Source of the DNA: Thermoplasmata archaeon
Lineage (GTDB): Archaea; Thermoplasmatota; Thermoplasmata; Thermoplasmatales; Thermoplasmataceae
DNA length: 52,149 nucleotides
Reading direction: 5' to 3'
Assembly (NCBI GenBank): GCA_021799185.1
Contig: JAJZAW010000001.1
Coordinates: 1-52,149 of the forward strand
The translations under genes were made by a program, and so were the position numbers. A model generated the notes under the pieces. The model was not told the origin of the DNA. It searched no databases and saw only the letters and a list, made by a program, of their open reading frames with translations. Below are positions 1 to 11,070 of this stretch, piece after piece. Positions within the stretch are counted from its first letter, which is position 1. Every line of letters begins with the position of its first letter.

Positions 1-2
1 AA

Positions 3-1853
3 ATTCAAGGAGCAAGAAAATACAGAGATCTTGGCAGGAATGGTTACCTCAGAATTTCAAGCCATGGAATGATAGCAAGCAACAGAACGGCAGCCCTTGT
101 GGGTCTGAACGGTACAATAGACTGGGCATGCCTTCCAAATTTTGATTCACCTCCTGTTTTCGATTCTATACTGGACAAAAACAAGGGCGGTTATTTTTCA
201 ATCAAGCCCCATGATACAGAGAATCTTGAGGTCATACAGTCATACAAGGAACTCACCAATGTCCTCATCACAGAATTCATCAGGGACGGCAAGATCATTC
301 TGCGGCTGACGGACTTTATTCCAACATCTGATTATTCAACCATAAGCTTTCCGGAAATACACAGGATGGTGGAAACTACTTCTGAGGATGTTGAAGTCGA
401 TATTGCATTCAAGGCGACAATAAATTATGGAAAAAATGCGCCAATCATAGAGCAGAGGAAGAATGGTTTCATATTCCGGTACAGGGGTACCAAGGTGGGT
501 ATCGTAAGCGAGATACCGCTCTCCCGCGATGGTGACAGAGTCATCGGTTCCCAGAAAATACCAAGGCGTACATCAAGGTGGCTCATTGCGCTCTATGGTA
601 TTTCACATCTGGATGTTATCTCTGACTACAAATCCTACCAGAGGCTTGAGGATACCATCGATTACTGGCAGAAATGGAGCAACTCAACCACATACAGGGG
701 GCTGTACAATAACGATGTGAACAGATCTGCCCTCACACTAAAGGGGCTCTTCTTCGAACCGACCGGTCTAATGGTTGCAGCACCCACCACAAGCCTCCCT
801 GAGTGCATAGGCAGTGAGAGGAACTGGGACTATCGCTTTGCGTGGATAAGGGACACAGCCTATGTTATCGAAGCGCTTTCACTGATTGGCTACAAGAGGG
901 AGGCAACCAAGTTTCTCTATGATATGATGGATAAGATAGAGCATGAGGGCAGGATACGCACAATTTACCCCATAAACAGCAGTTCAAGCCTTGAAGAGAT
1001 GGAGCTGGATTATGAGGGCTACATGGGGTCAAGACCAGTCCGTGTTGGCAACAAGGCATCCGATCAGCTCCAGATAGATCAGATGGGCTCCATAGTAAAC
1101 GCAATCTGTGCACTCAGTGATGCTGGTGGCGTCATAAACTCGTATCTATGGAACTTTGTTGGCGAAACACTTGATCATCTCTCAACCTTATGGAAATCAC
1201 CGGATTCAAGTATCTGGGAATTCAGGACCGAGCCAAGGCATTATGTTTATTCCAAGGTCGTTTCCTGGTCTGCGTTCAACAATGCAATAGCCATGGGAAA
1301 AGATCAGGGCTTTTCAGGCCCATACAGGAAGTGGCGGGCCATTGCTGATGAGATAAAGGAGGATATAATTGCCAATGGCTTCAGCGAGGAGCAGAACAGC
1401 TTTGTGCAGTATTATGGAAGCAGTGAAACAGACGCATCTCTGCTCCGGATGCCGCTTCTTGGATTCCTTCCTGCAGATGATCCAAGGATTGTAGGAACTG
1501 TGGAAAAGATTGAGAAGGACCTCAGGGTCACCGATCACCTGTTTCGCAGATATCGGGAGGATGACGGTCTGAAGGGAGAGGATAATGCCTTTCTCCTGCT
1601 TTCATTCTGGTATGTGAACGTCCTGATCCAGATGGACAGGATTGATGAAGCCAAGGTTGTGTTTGAATCCATCCTTGACAGGGGAAACCATCTCGGTCTA
1701 TTTTCGGAGGAAATAGACTTTAAGACCGGTGATCAGCTGGGCAATTTCCCTCAGGCAATTACACACCTGGGTGTTATCAATGTTGCACTGCACCTGAATG
1801 AGGCATTCAAGGCTAGAGCCTCATTTCCAAGAAAGCGCCAGGCAGTAAAATAG
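3..1853 (+). CDS. Glycoside hydrolase family 15 (trehalase/glucoamylase-like), 5'-partial
   Basis: GH15 motifs RNWDYRFAWIRD, SIWEFR, GLFSEEID, LGNFPQAITH. The frame is open from base 3 (IQGARKYRDLGRNGYLRISSHGMIASN), so the true start lies upstream of the window. Confidence 0.9.
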   Translation: MQGARKYRDLGRNGYLRISSHGMIASNRTAALVGLNGTIDWACLPNFDSPPVFDSILDKNKGGYFSIKPHDTENLEVIQSYKELTNVLITEFIRDGKIILRLTDFIPTSDYSTISFPEIHRMVETTSEDVEVDIAFKATINYGKNAPIIEQRKNGFIFRYRGTKVGIVSEIPLSRDGDRVIGSQKIPRRTSRWLIALYGISHLDVISDYKSYQRLEDTIDYWQKWSNSTTYRGLYNNDVNRSALTLKGLFFEPTGLMVAAPTTSLPECIGSERNWDYRFAWIRDTAYVIEALSLIGYKREATKFLYDMMDKIEHEGRIRTIYPINSSSSLEEMELDYEGYMGSRPVRVGNKASDQLQIDQMGSIVNAICALSDAGGVINSYLWNFVGETLDHLSTLWKSPDSSIWEFRTEPRHYVYSKVVSWSAFNNAIAMGKDQGFSGPYRKWRAIADEIKEDIIANGFSEEQNSFVQYYGSSETDASLLRMPLLGFLPADDPRIVGTVEKIEKDLRVTDHLFRRYREDDGLKGEDNAFLLLSFWYVNVLIQMDRIDEAKVVFESILDRGNHLGLFSEEIDFKTGDQLGNFPQAITHLGVINVALHLNEAFKARASFPRKRQAVK

Positions 1854-1927
1854 CCGGTTTCAACTCATTTTCTCATTTTGCAAGAACCCATAATCTGATT
1901 AATATACCGGCGTATCTAGAGTAAGGC

Positions 1928-2341
1928 ATGCATGCCCCGCTCAGGATATTTTCAACGACATCGTTCCAGGCAGAAAATGTCAGGATTTTCATGAAGGAAT
2001 TCGAATCAGATATGGTGCATCTGCTCATCACAGATGGCATAATGTCTGATTTCAGGCACGAGTTTACCCGTGATGAACTTGGCATAATTATGGTACAGCG
2101 CGTACTGACATCCTTCCAGCTTCAGAAAATCCTCATGGATTCCGATGACAGGCCGCATTACATGGCACTGGCATCAGGCGTTGTTTCGTCATGGCCAGGC
2201 TCAATTGTGGCCAGCATTTACGATATAATCCGGATCATGAGTTACTACCATGGCTGCCCTGTTTACTTGAACATAATCGGCGATCCAGGCATAATGTCAA
2301 GGTACCTGGGCAACAGACCTGTGCACAGGGGGATGATCTGA
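1928..2341 (+). CDS. PolB2-operon protein, probably a degenerate RecA/RadA-like domain
   Basis: First gene of a tightly coupled 3-gene unit ending in polB2. IMVQRVLTSFQLQKIL resembles the RadA/Rad51 'xxxRAxxxxQ' segment; no Walker A. Family assignment is inferred from context. Confidence 0.5.
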   Translation: MHAPLRIFSTTSFQAENVRIFMKEFESDMVHLLITDGIMSDFRHEFTRDELGIIMVQRVLTSFQLQKILMDSDDRPHYMALASGVVSSWPGSIVASIYDIIRIMSYYHGCPVYLNIIGDPGIMSRYLGNRPVHRGMI

Positions 2342-2342
2342 G

Positions 2343-2573
2343 ATGGGAAGGAGTGTGCCAACAGCGCGTCAGGTGCTTGAGAATCTGGCGGAGGATCTGG
2401 ACAGGATGGCTTCAATAATGCCACAGTCACAGGCTGCAATAATGCATGATATGGTTATGATGGGCCGCAGGCATTCGGCAGAGATATCGTACTCCGGAGT
2501 CGATCCGTATACAGGTTTCCTGATATCCATCATAATTGATCTGTACTCGAGGATCAGGGAGGCTGAACAGTGA
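2343..2573 (+). CDS. Small helical PolB2-associated protein (arCOG07300-like)
   Basis: MGRSVPTARQ N-terminus, 76 aa, directly upstream of polB2; matches the known archaeal polB2 operon layout. Confidence 0.7.
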   Translation: MGRSVPTARQVLENLAEDLDRMASIMPQSQAAIMHDMVMMGRRHSAEISYSGVDPYTGFLISIIIDLYSRIREAEQ

Positions 2574-4586
2574 ATGCACGGAACCATAGTTAATGCCACA
2601 GGTTCTGATACGATAAGGGTCTGGTATCTTGATCATGGCAGGATAAGCTGCCGGAATCACAGAAACAGAAGCTGGATATTCGTGTCAGGTGACATGTATG
2701 ATCTTGCATCTCTTGCCAGGCAGCTTGACGAATCAGACATATACGGATACAGCTTTGACACAATGCGGAATGTGCATGGCAATATTGCCGGCATCCGAAT
2801 ACCCGTATGGCCTTCCGGCATAAGGGACCTGATGGCAATCATAAACAGTATAGGCCTGGAGAGGAAATTCTCAATATACAACGGTGACATTGATCCGGTT
2901 CTGCGCTTCATGGCAGAGCGGAACCTTGGATTCTTCGCGCTGGAAGATCCCCTGGATCCGGATCCGGAGATACCAGTATCCACAATAGTTGGCCGTTCCA
3001 TGCTGGGAATCCCCTATGATATTGAGATAAATGGAATGCATTTTCAAAGGATAGATTCAGATGCCATATACGAGGCACATCGGGCGATAAACCTGGGCAC
3101 AATAATTGTATACAGCAACAGGGATGGATTCTTCAGCAAGATACTCCACATGATTCTCCATCAGGGCTACAGGCTGCCGCACGTAGTTTCATCTGACGGC
3201 TCCACATTTGAATCCTACGGGCAGACGCACTACAGCAATCCCCGTGTTTCCATTGAGGGGAAGATATGTATAGAATCTGATTCATTTGCATATTCTGAGA
3301 CCGGGATTCATGGGCTCATTGAGATATCACGAACATCGGGGCTACCCATTGTTGCAGCATCACGGGTCACCACTGGCACTGCCGTTTCAGCAATGGAGGA
3401 AGCCTATGCTGTAAGGAATGGTGTGCTGATTCCGGTCAGGAAGGATGATCATGAGGAGGCTAAGAGTGCAGAAGCACTTCTGAATACTGACAGCGGCGGT
3501 TTGGTTCTGCAGCCCGATCCAGGGATTTACACCGATGTCCATGAGATCGATTTTTCATCCATGTATCCTAGCATAATGGTCAGGTACAACATGTCGCCGG
3601 AAACCATCCAGAAGGGTGGTGGCATAAAAATTCATGGCACTCCGTATTCCATTTCAGGAACAGAGCGTGGCTTTCTTGCATCCGCACTGGATGGCCTTCT
3701 TAAAAGGCGGCTATTCTACAAATCTGTAAAGGCAAAATCAGGGCTGTACAGCATGAGGGATGCAGCCCTCAAATGGATGCTTCTGACATCGTTCGGGTAC
3801 ACAGGATACAAGAACGCCAAGTTCGGGAAAATAGAGATACATGAATCGATAACAGCCATGGGAAGATGGGCGCTGGCAATGGCCATGAACATATCGCGGG
3901 TTAACGGCTTCACTCTAATACACGGCATAGTGGATTCACTCTGGATAACCGGCTCAGGGGACGTGAGAAATGTGCTTTCCCAGATTCAGGACAGGACCGG
4001 CATAGGCATGGTTGAGGACGGCCACTACAGATGGATCGTATTCATGCCGGCAAATTCTGGCCTTGGGGCGCTGAACAGGTACATTGGCCTTCGCATGGAT
4101 GGTACAGTCAAGGTTCGTGGCTTGTATGTAAGAAGGCGTGATGCACCACCGGTATGCACAAAATTCCAGTTGGAGGCCATAGAGATTCTGAGGAAATGCA
4201 TGACACCGGATGATATCTGGGCAAAACGTAAGGAGATCAGGGACTTGGAAAGCAGTTATATGCGTTCCCTCAGGCACCGTCCTGTTGAAGACTTCAGGAT
4301 ACCACTGCATGTAACAAGAAATCCTGAGGAATACGCTGTCCACAATATACAGGGGATGGCAATCAGGGAAGCCATGGACAGGGGATACCGGATAATGCCC
4401 GGGAGCCGGGTCGGGGTTGTTGTAGTGGATCACAATCATGGCATTGTTGATCTGGACGGCACACATGACAGGATCGACCTGAAGTTTTATGAAAGGCAGG
4501 TATCAATGGCATTCAGGCAGATTGATTTTATCGTGGATTCATGCTCACCGCACAGGAAGGCAGACCTCTTCAGTTTCTCCTTATGA
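2574..4586 (+). CDS. polB2: Family B DNA polymerase, PolB2/Dpo2 group
   Basis: Motif A DFSSMYPS, motif B KWMLLTSFGYTG, altered motif C HGIVDSLW (PolB2 signature versus YGDTDS); degenerate exonuclease region. Confidence 0.9.
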   Translation: MHGTIVNATGSDTIRVWYLDHGRISCRNHRNRSWIFVSGDMYDLASLARQLDESDIYGYSFDTMRNVHGNIAGIRIPVWPSGIRDLMAIINSIGLERKFSIYNGDIDPVLRFMAERNLGFFALEDPLDPDPEIPVSTIVGRSMLGIPYDIEINGMHFQRIDSDAIYEAHRAINLGTIIVYSNRDGFFSKILHMILHQGYRLPHVVSSDGSTFESYGQTHYSNPRVSIEGKICIESDSFAYSETGIHGLIEISRTSGLPIVAASRVTTGTAVSAMEEAYAVRNGVLIPVRKDDHEEAKSAEALLNTDSGGLVLQPDPGIYTDVHEIDFSSMYPSIMVRYNMSPETIQKGGGIKIHGTPYSISGTERGFLASALDGLLKRRLFYKSVKAKSGLYSMRDAALKWMLLTSFGYTGYKNAKFGKIEIHESITAMGRWALAMAMNISRVNGFTLIHGIVDSLWITGSGDVRNVLSQIQDRTGIGMVEDGHYRWIVFMPANSGLGALNRYIGLRMDGTVKVRGLYVRRRDAPPVCTKFQLEAIEILRKCMTPDDIWAKRKEIRDLESSYMRSLRHRPVEDFRIPLHVTRNPEEYAVHNIQGMAIREAMDRGYRIMPGSRVGVVVVDHNHGIVDLDGTHDRIDLKFYERQVSMAFRQIDFIVDSCSPHRKADLFSFSL

Positions 4587-5682
4587 GCGCTTCCACTTTC
4601 TCCTCAAGGACAGAAACAGGAATATCATTTATTCCTATAAGCTTGGCAACTCCCTGCCTGTCACCGCGCCCAACCACTCTCCCCTCTACAATGCCCAGAT
4701 TCTCAAGCCTCTTCACGGATCTGTAAACTGCCGTGTTTTCCCTGAGGCTCACACCAAACTGTTCCGAGACGATCCTGACATCCTCCAGAACGCATGACAT
4801 GGAGGTGCTCGGCTCATCCCTGAGGCAGTGGCAGATCGACAGCAGGACAGCTAAATCCAGCGGGTCCAGTTCGCTTAGCTTGCTTTCAGTCACATATGGG
4901 TTGATCATGGATTGAGCAGCCCTGACATCCTCTATGGAAACAGATGTGCCATCACGATATTCACAGATGTATATTGATTTCTGGAGAAGTTCTATGGCAA
5001 CTCTTGCACTTCCGAATGGCCCTGCAACATGGCCTATGTGCCCGAGCATTTCGCCATTTATGGACCCGGGCACCATTGCTATTCTTGCCCTCTCCTCAAT
5101 GATCCTCACCAGCTCATCCTCTGAGTACCTGTTGAAAAGTATGCTTGAAAAGACGCCAAGGGATTTCCTGTCCCTCTCGGTCATGTAAATTGATGGGTCC
5201 TCCATTGATACAAGAACGGTTGATACCGGAGTGGAATAGATCTCTCCTGCCCTGAGGAGATTGTAAAGCCCGTCCCTTTCAAACTTTATGAGGTTTGTGG
5301 CCTCATCAATAACAAGAACGATCTTTCGTCCCTTCTTCTGGGAAACCATGTTGAATCCCCTGAAAATGTCCGAGTATGACATGTTCCTGGAGCCCACAAG
5401 CTTGCCCATGTTATACAGGGCATCAATGAGGAGCATCTTCAGGCTGGAAAAAGACAGGGCATTTTCATAAATAATTATGAACCCCTTCTCCTCCCTGGCA
5501 AGATACTTCATGGTGGAAGTCTTTCCTGTACCGGAATCGCCGAAAGCCACAAGATTGCTGCTTATGCCTGATCTGAGGGGTTCAAGCATGGTCTTTCTTA
5601 TGGTCTCTATCTGAACATCCCTGAACCTGAGTTTCTGGGGCACATATGAAAAATCAAGAGCATCAGGATTTCTGACTATCAA
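4570..5682 (-). CDS. cdc6: Cdc6/Orc1 family AAA+ ATPase (divergent paralogue)
   Basis: N-terminal LDFSYVPQKLRFRD, Walker A GDSGTGKT, Walker B VLVIDE, GSARVAIELL sensor region, C-terminal winged helix. Confidence 0.88.
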   Translation of the reverse strand: MIVRNPDALDFSYVPQKLRFRDVQIETIRKTMLEPLRSGISSNLVAFGDSGTGKTSTMKYLAREEKGFIIIYENALSFSSLKMLLIDALYNMGKLVGSRNMSYSDIFRGFNMVSQKKGRKIVLVIDEATNLIKFERDGLYNLLRAGEIYSTPVSTVLVSMEDPSIYMTERDRKSLGVFSSILFNRYSEDELVRIIEERARIAMVPGSINGEMLGHIGHVAGPFGSARVAIELLQKSIYICEYRDGTSVSIEDVRAAQSMINPYVTESKLSELDPLDLAVLLSICHCLRDEPSTSMSCVLEDVRIVSEQFGVSLRENTAVYRSVKRLENLGIVEGRVVGRGDRQGVAKLIGINDIPVSVLEEKVEALIRRN

Positions 5683-5723
5683 CAGAATGTATATTGAATC
5701 GGGTTAAAATAAGTTTAGAGGGA

Positions 5724-7403
5724 TCAGGCTCCGCTCATGGCAGCAAGTGAGTGGAACTCGTCCTTCTGGTCCAGCCCCCATTTCTTGACCTTCTCGATAT
5801 CAACGCCCTTCTTCCTGGCAATTGATTCAACGTACTTCATCATCAGGAGACCTCCTCCTGATATGAGAGAGCCGGTTCCGAGCCTTGCGATTATGTTTCC
5901 ATGGGCATCTCTGAAGCCATCCCTTGATGCCATCTTTGCCAGGTGCCTGTAGGATGCGTAGTACACAGCAAGCTTATCAGCGTCAAGAACATCAGTGTTG
6001 AGTTCCCTGGATTTTATTCTGCCTAGTGGTACGTTTACCAGCGGGGTCACTGTGAATTCAAACGGTCTTCCCAGGGCATATGAATTGCTGAGCCGGTTTA
6101 CCATTGCAATGGTATCCCACATGTCTTCAACGGTCTCGCCTTCCTGCCCAACCTGTATTGTGAAAGCAGGCCTCCAGTAGTTCCTGGTCTCAACAAACAC
6201 GCCCTGCCATACAATTTCCTGCCAGCTTCCATCAGGCCCAATCTTCAGCGGAAGAGTCTTATTTGGCATGTGCCTTCTTGCAAGTTCATCGCTGCCTGTT
6301 TCAACGCCTGTCTGGATTCCAACCCAGTTCCTTGGCCCTGTTTTCAATATCTTGGAAAGCTTCTCCATCATTTCCGGGTAGCCTGCAGGTATGGATATCC
6401 TTCCATGCGTCGGGTTGGATGTTTTTATGCCAGGAACGCCTATGGCAGCGGAAAAGAGCTCGGAAAGCGCTTCCTCATTGGGTGCGAACATGTTTCCGTG
6501 TTTGTAGCCGAAGATCTCATCGGAGTGAAGCCATGCGTTGTCAATACCGCCCCTCTGGTTCACCTTTATCTCGTTGACAATCCTCTCCACGGAATTGTAC
6601 CTGAGGGGGCGCAGTGTAACCTCGCAGAAGTCACAGCCGACACCGCAACCCCTCATGACCTCAACCATTCCCTTCATTGAGGGGTTTACTATCTCTGGAA
6701 TATCATCGAGCCTGGGATAAGCAGATTTTGTCAAACCTCTGGCAAGGAACAGATCATCATTCTTAACAACCTTCTTGAAGCCATCATCGTATGTCATATA
6801 GCCCCTGTGGAAGAGTGTGCTGTCTATGCTGTCCTCAGCAATCTGCTCAAAGAGGGTTTCAGCGATATCATCGATCTCTCCCTGGACAATATAATCAAAG
6901 TTGTATTTCCCTATCTCATCTCTCAGTATTGTGAATTCCCAGACTCCGGGCCCACCCACAATAAGCTTCGCTTTCTTGCCCGCCCTTGCGGCATTTATCC
7001 TGGCTATGAGAGAATCCCACTCCTTGCGGACCCAGGCCATCATTTCGCCGCCAAAAAGCGCATAATATGACATTGTTGTTGGGCCTATCCCAAGGGGATC
7101 CATTGTGGAGACCCCTATGACCTTTGTATCATCAGTTATGAATCTGTCAAGATAATCTTCATGAGCCACAGCAACATCTTTTTTCGGGAACTTCCGAAGG
7201 AGGGCAGCTTCAACCTTTCTAAGTGCATATGGTGCAAAAACGGCCTCGCCGTTTGGGTGGGCCGGCGGGGCTGGCCCCTTGAGAAACCTGTATACGGGCC
7301 CCGGAATTGCCTGCCCAGGAGCACACGGCAGAAAATCCAGCAGGGGAAAATTCCTGTATTCGTAACTCAACGTGGAATCTGATACCAGAACAAATTTGGT
7401 CAT
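5724..7403 (-). CDS. Radical SAM protein with B12-binding-like N-terminal domain; resembles GDGT ring synthase (Grs) family
   Basis: CxxxCxxC motif RGCGVGCDFC. N-terminal APYALRKVEAAL and MDPLG motifs resemble my recollection of Grs-family proteins. Radical SAM is firm; Grs function is tentative. Confidence 0.7.
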   Translation of the reverse strand: MTKFVLVSDSTLSYEYRNFPLLDFLPCAPGQAIPGPVYRFLKGPAPPAHPNGEAVFAPYALRKVEAALLRKFPKKDVAVAHEDYLDRFITDDTKVIGVSTMDPLGIGPTTMSYYALFGGEMMAWVRKEWDSLIARINAARAGKKAKLIVGGPGVWEFTILRDEIGKYNFDYIVQGEIDDIAETLFEQIAEDSIDSTLFHRGYMTYDDGFKKVVKNDDLFLARGLTKSAYPRLDDIPEIVNPSMKGMVEVMRGCGVGCDFCEVTLRPLRYNSVERIVNEIKVNQRGGIDNAWLHSDEIFGYKHGNMFAPNEEALSELFSAAIGVPGIKTSNPTHGRISIPAGYPEMMEKLSKILKTGPRNWVGIQTGVETGSDELARRHMPNKTLPLKIGPDGSWQEIVWQGVFVETRNYWRPAFTIQVGQEGETVEDMWDTIAMVNRLSNSYALGRPFEFTVTPLVNVPLGRIKSRELNTDVLDADKLAVYYASYRHLAKMASRDGFRDAHGNIIARLGTGSLISGGGLLMMKYVESIARKKGVDIEKVKKWGLDQKDEFHSLAAMSGA

Positions 7404-7745
7404 TTTCTGTTACTCCTTATTGGAGAGCTAAATGTACTTTATTGATAAATATTTTGCCAAAATATTCAGGAAAATTTTACGGATTTCCAAGAAAAAAATA
7501 CTTTTTCCAGTAAATGAATATGGCAAGAAAGTATAAATATAGCTGGCATGTCTGACAAAATGGAGACTGCAAAATCGGTGTTTTCTTCATAAAGTTTGAA
7601 GTTTATAAATTTCTGAATAGCAATACCACATATTTTTCAAGACATTATGGCTAAGACCACAGATCATGCGGAATTAGCCCCATGATACATATGCATGCTT
7701 TCAGCCAGTCAGATAATGTAACGAAAAAGTAAGGATACATGAAAA

Positions 7746-7766
7746 TTGTCCGACAAAAATTTATAG
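7746..7766 (+). promoter_or_regulatory. Palindrome TTGTCcGACAA next to a TATA-like box upstream of the sugar porter
   Basis: 11-bp palindrome at 7746-7756, TTTATA at ~7760, ATG at 7788; a second copy TGTCtGACA at 7549-7557. Confidence 0.4.
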
Positions 7767-7787
7767 CCGATCCCGGGCTTTTGGACA

Positions 7788-9221
7788 ATGGAAATCGCAG
7801 GCACCGGAACAGGAGAAAGGATACTGGAAAGACTCGATAACGGGAAGACATCCAGATTTTTCTGGCTTCTCACCATCCTGTCAACAATTGGAGGATTTCT
7901 GTTTGGCTATGACACGTCCAATATAGGCATCGTTGAAGGTTTTCTCCCTTCAGGCTATGTTACGGTGAATCCATTCATTAAGGGATATCTGTTTTCCGGG
8001 GTCTCTCTGGGAGCCGCTGTGGGCGCACTCATTGCAGCGGGGCTTATTGACAGATACGGCAGAAAGTATATGCTCATATTCGATGCTTTCCTCTATAGCC
8101 TGGGGGCAATACTGTCAGCTGTTACCGTGGACCTCTTCATGCTCCTGGTCTCCAGGACACTCATAGGAATAGCCGTTGGCGCTGATTCTGCCATTGCAAC
8201 TGCATACATTGCAGAATGGGCCCCAAAGAAGAGGAGGGGCAGTTTCAGCATATTGCAGCAATGGATGATAACCGTAGGGATACTGGGTGCATATCTCATT
8301 GGACTTGCAGTCCTTTACGGTCTCCCATCACAGGCCTTCAACCTCGACTGGCGTATCATGCTTGGTGTTGCAGCAGTGCCGTCAATTATAGGCCTAGGCT
8401 TCAGGTTCATAATGCCGGAATCACCCAGATGGCTGGTTCTTAAGGGCAAATACGATAAGGCAGTTCAGTCTCTGAAGAGGCTCGGCGTAGATACCAATGA
8501 GGAGGAACTGAAGAGGGAATACCCCATCTCATCGGCCGTTAGGAAGAGAATGACGCCAGGCGTCAAACGTGCATTCATCATAGTAGGTCTGTTCATGATG
8601 TTCCAGCAGATCACAGGGATAAACATACCGTTCTACTACGGGCCGCTCATAATAAGCAGTCTTCACCTTGTTGGTTCTGCTGGCAGCAGCAGTGTGATTA
8701 GTGAGGAATTTGCAGTGGAGGCAGCATCAATATTTGCCGTGATAAACGTTGCTGCCACATACATAGGTTTCAAGCTCATTGACAGGGCAGGCCGAAGGAC
8801 ATTAGCCATTACCGGATACACGGGAATGGCGGTCTTTGGCTTTCTCGGTGCAGCCCTGAAGTATGCGAACATTGACATTGGAATGCTTGTTGCCATGTCC
8901 CTGTTCATAGTATTCTTTGCCTTTGGCGTTGGAGGAACCGGATGGATAATACAGGGCGAGTATTTCCCCACGGAATACCGTGGCACCATGGCATCGCTGA
9001 TTGCATTCATAGACTGGATCGCTAACTTTGCCATCGTAGAGATATTTCCATTCATGGACAGCACAATACACATTGCAGGTTCACTCGTCGTCTTTGGCGT
9101 GCTCTCGGTGGCTGCAGCTGCCACATTCTATGTGATAATGCCCGTCACCAAGGGAAAGTCAGTGGAGGAGATAACAGAGATGTTCGATCAGATGGCATCC
9201 CAGGGCAGCATCAAGACATGA
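7788..9221 (+). CDS. Sugar porter family MFS transporter
   Basis: GGFLFGYDT, DRYGRK, PESPRWL, QQITGIN, DRAGRR motifs; ~12 hydrophobic segments. Confidence 0.92.
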   Translation: MEIAGTGTGERILERLDNGKTSRFFWLLTILSTIGGFLFGYDTSNIGIVEGFLPSGYVTVNPFIKGYLFSGVSLGAAVGALIAAGLIDRYGRKYMLIFDAFLYSLGAILSAVTVDLFMLLVSRTLIGIAVGADSAIATAYIAEWAPKKRRGSFSILQQWMITVGILGAYLIGLAVLYGLPSQAFNLDWRIMLGVAAVPSIIGLGFRFIMPESPRWLVLKGKYDKAVQSLKRLGVDTNEEELKREYPISSAVRKRMTPGVKRAFIIVGLFMMFQQITGINIPFYYGPLIISSLHLVGSAGSSSVISEEFAVEAASIFAVINVAATYIGFKLIDRAGRRTLAITGYTGMAVFGFLGAALKYANIDIGMLVAMSLFIVFFAFGVGGTGWIIQGEYFPTEYRGTMASLIAFIDWIANFAIVEIFPFMDSTIHIAGSLVVFGVLSVAAAATFYVIMPVTKGKSVEEITEMFDQMASQGSIKT

Positions 9222-9286
9222 CCCAGAAAGTTATATGCCGCCAGTTCAAGGCATATCATTTATATTTCCCATATCCTTCAAGTTGA

Positions 9287-10180
<894 letters not shown>

Positions 10181-10479
10181 CTCATGGGAATATTCTGACA
10201 GCCTGCCCGGTTCATCACCGAAGCATGCCAATGAGATTTTCCGCATGAATGCTGTTCTACCCATGCGCCCTTTAACAGGATGCTGCCGGCGAAAAAGCAG
10301 TGATAATTCCTGCAAGCGCGGCTGAAGATGCAACACATGCCACCTTTGAATATCTGAATTCCGTTGTTCTGGCGGGCTTTTTTCGCGCCATTCACATGGA
10401 CTGGAACAGGTTATAATGGGGCCCTCTGTCCAGGTACGATAAAATATTAATTCTGACACATATTAAGATTGGGATAACA

Positions 10480-11043
10480 TTGCTGGAAACACTTTTATAT
10501 ATGCCCGCAGCAAATGCAGTTCAACCTGCTGCCACGCCGGCGGGGTCCTTTGAAACACTGGTAATTTTTCTTGCCATCATTGCAATCATAGTGGCCAGAA
10601 GGATCATTCGCGGCATATATGGTAGGCGTTACAGCACAGGGAGAGTTATGTTTCTTCCAGTGTTCTATGTTCTTCTCACGCTGGCCTTTGTCTTATTCCT
10701 TAACCTTGGAGATACTGAGATATATTACACACTGCTCCTGATTCCAGCAGGTGCACTCATGGGCCTTAGAATCGGCGGCGGAATATCATTCTTCATGAGG
10801 AACGGGGAAGTATACTACAGGCGTTCGCCGATCATTCTGATAATATGGCTAGCTTCCTATGTTTCCAGGATTCTTCTGGAAATTCTCTACCCCACCAACC
10901 GTACCATCGTATTTGCTGTTGATGTCGCACTGGCACTCACTGCCGGACTCATAATCGGAGAGGCCATTCATATCATCAGGGGACGCAGGGATTTCAATCC
11001 GGTGCCGGAAAAGGAAGAAGAAAGGTTTGTCATCAACCAGTGA
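10480..11043 (+). CDS. Membrane protein (DUF1453/CcdC-like)
   Basis: Five hydrophobic segments and GEVYYRRS motif; start may be ATG 10501. Confidence 0.55.
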   Translation: MLETLLYMPAANAVQPAATPAGSFETLVIFLAIIAIIVARRIIRGIYGRRYSTGRVMFLPVFYVLLTLAFVLFLNLGDTEIYYTLLLIPAGALMGLRIGGGISFFMRNGEVYYRRSPIILIIWLASYVSRILLEILYPTNRTIVFAVDVALALTAGLIIGEAIHIIRGRRDFNPVPEKEEERFVINQ

Positions 11044-11070
11044 CCGGGGAAAGGGAGGGGTGCTCTTTCC

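Noticed and set aside
4570..5723. Replication origin beside cdc6
   Set aside because: No ORB-like repeats or long AT-rich spacer flank the gene.
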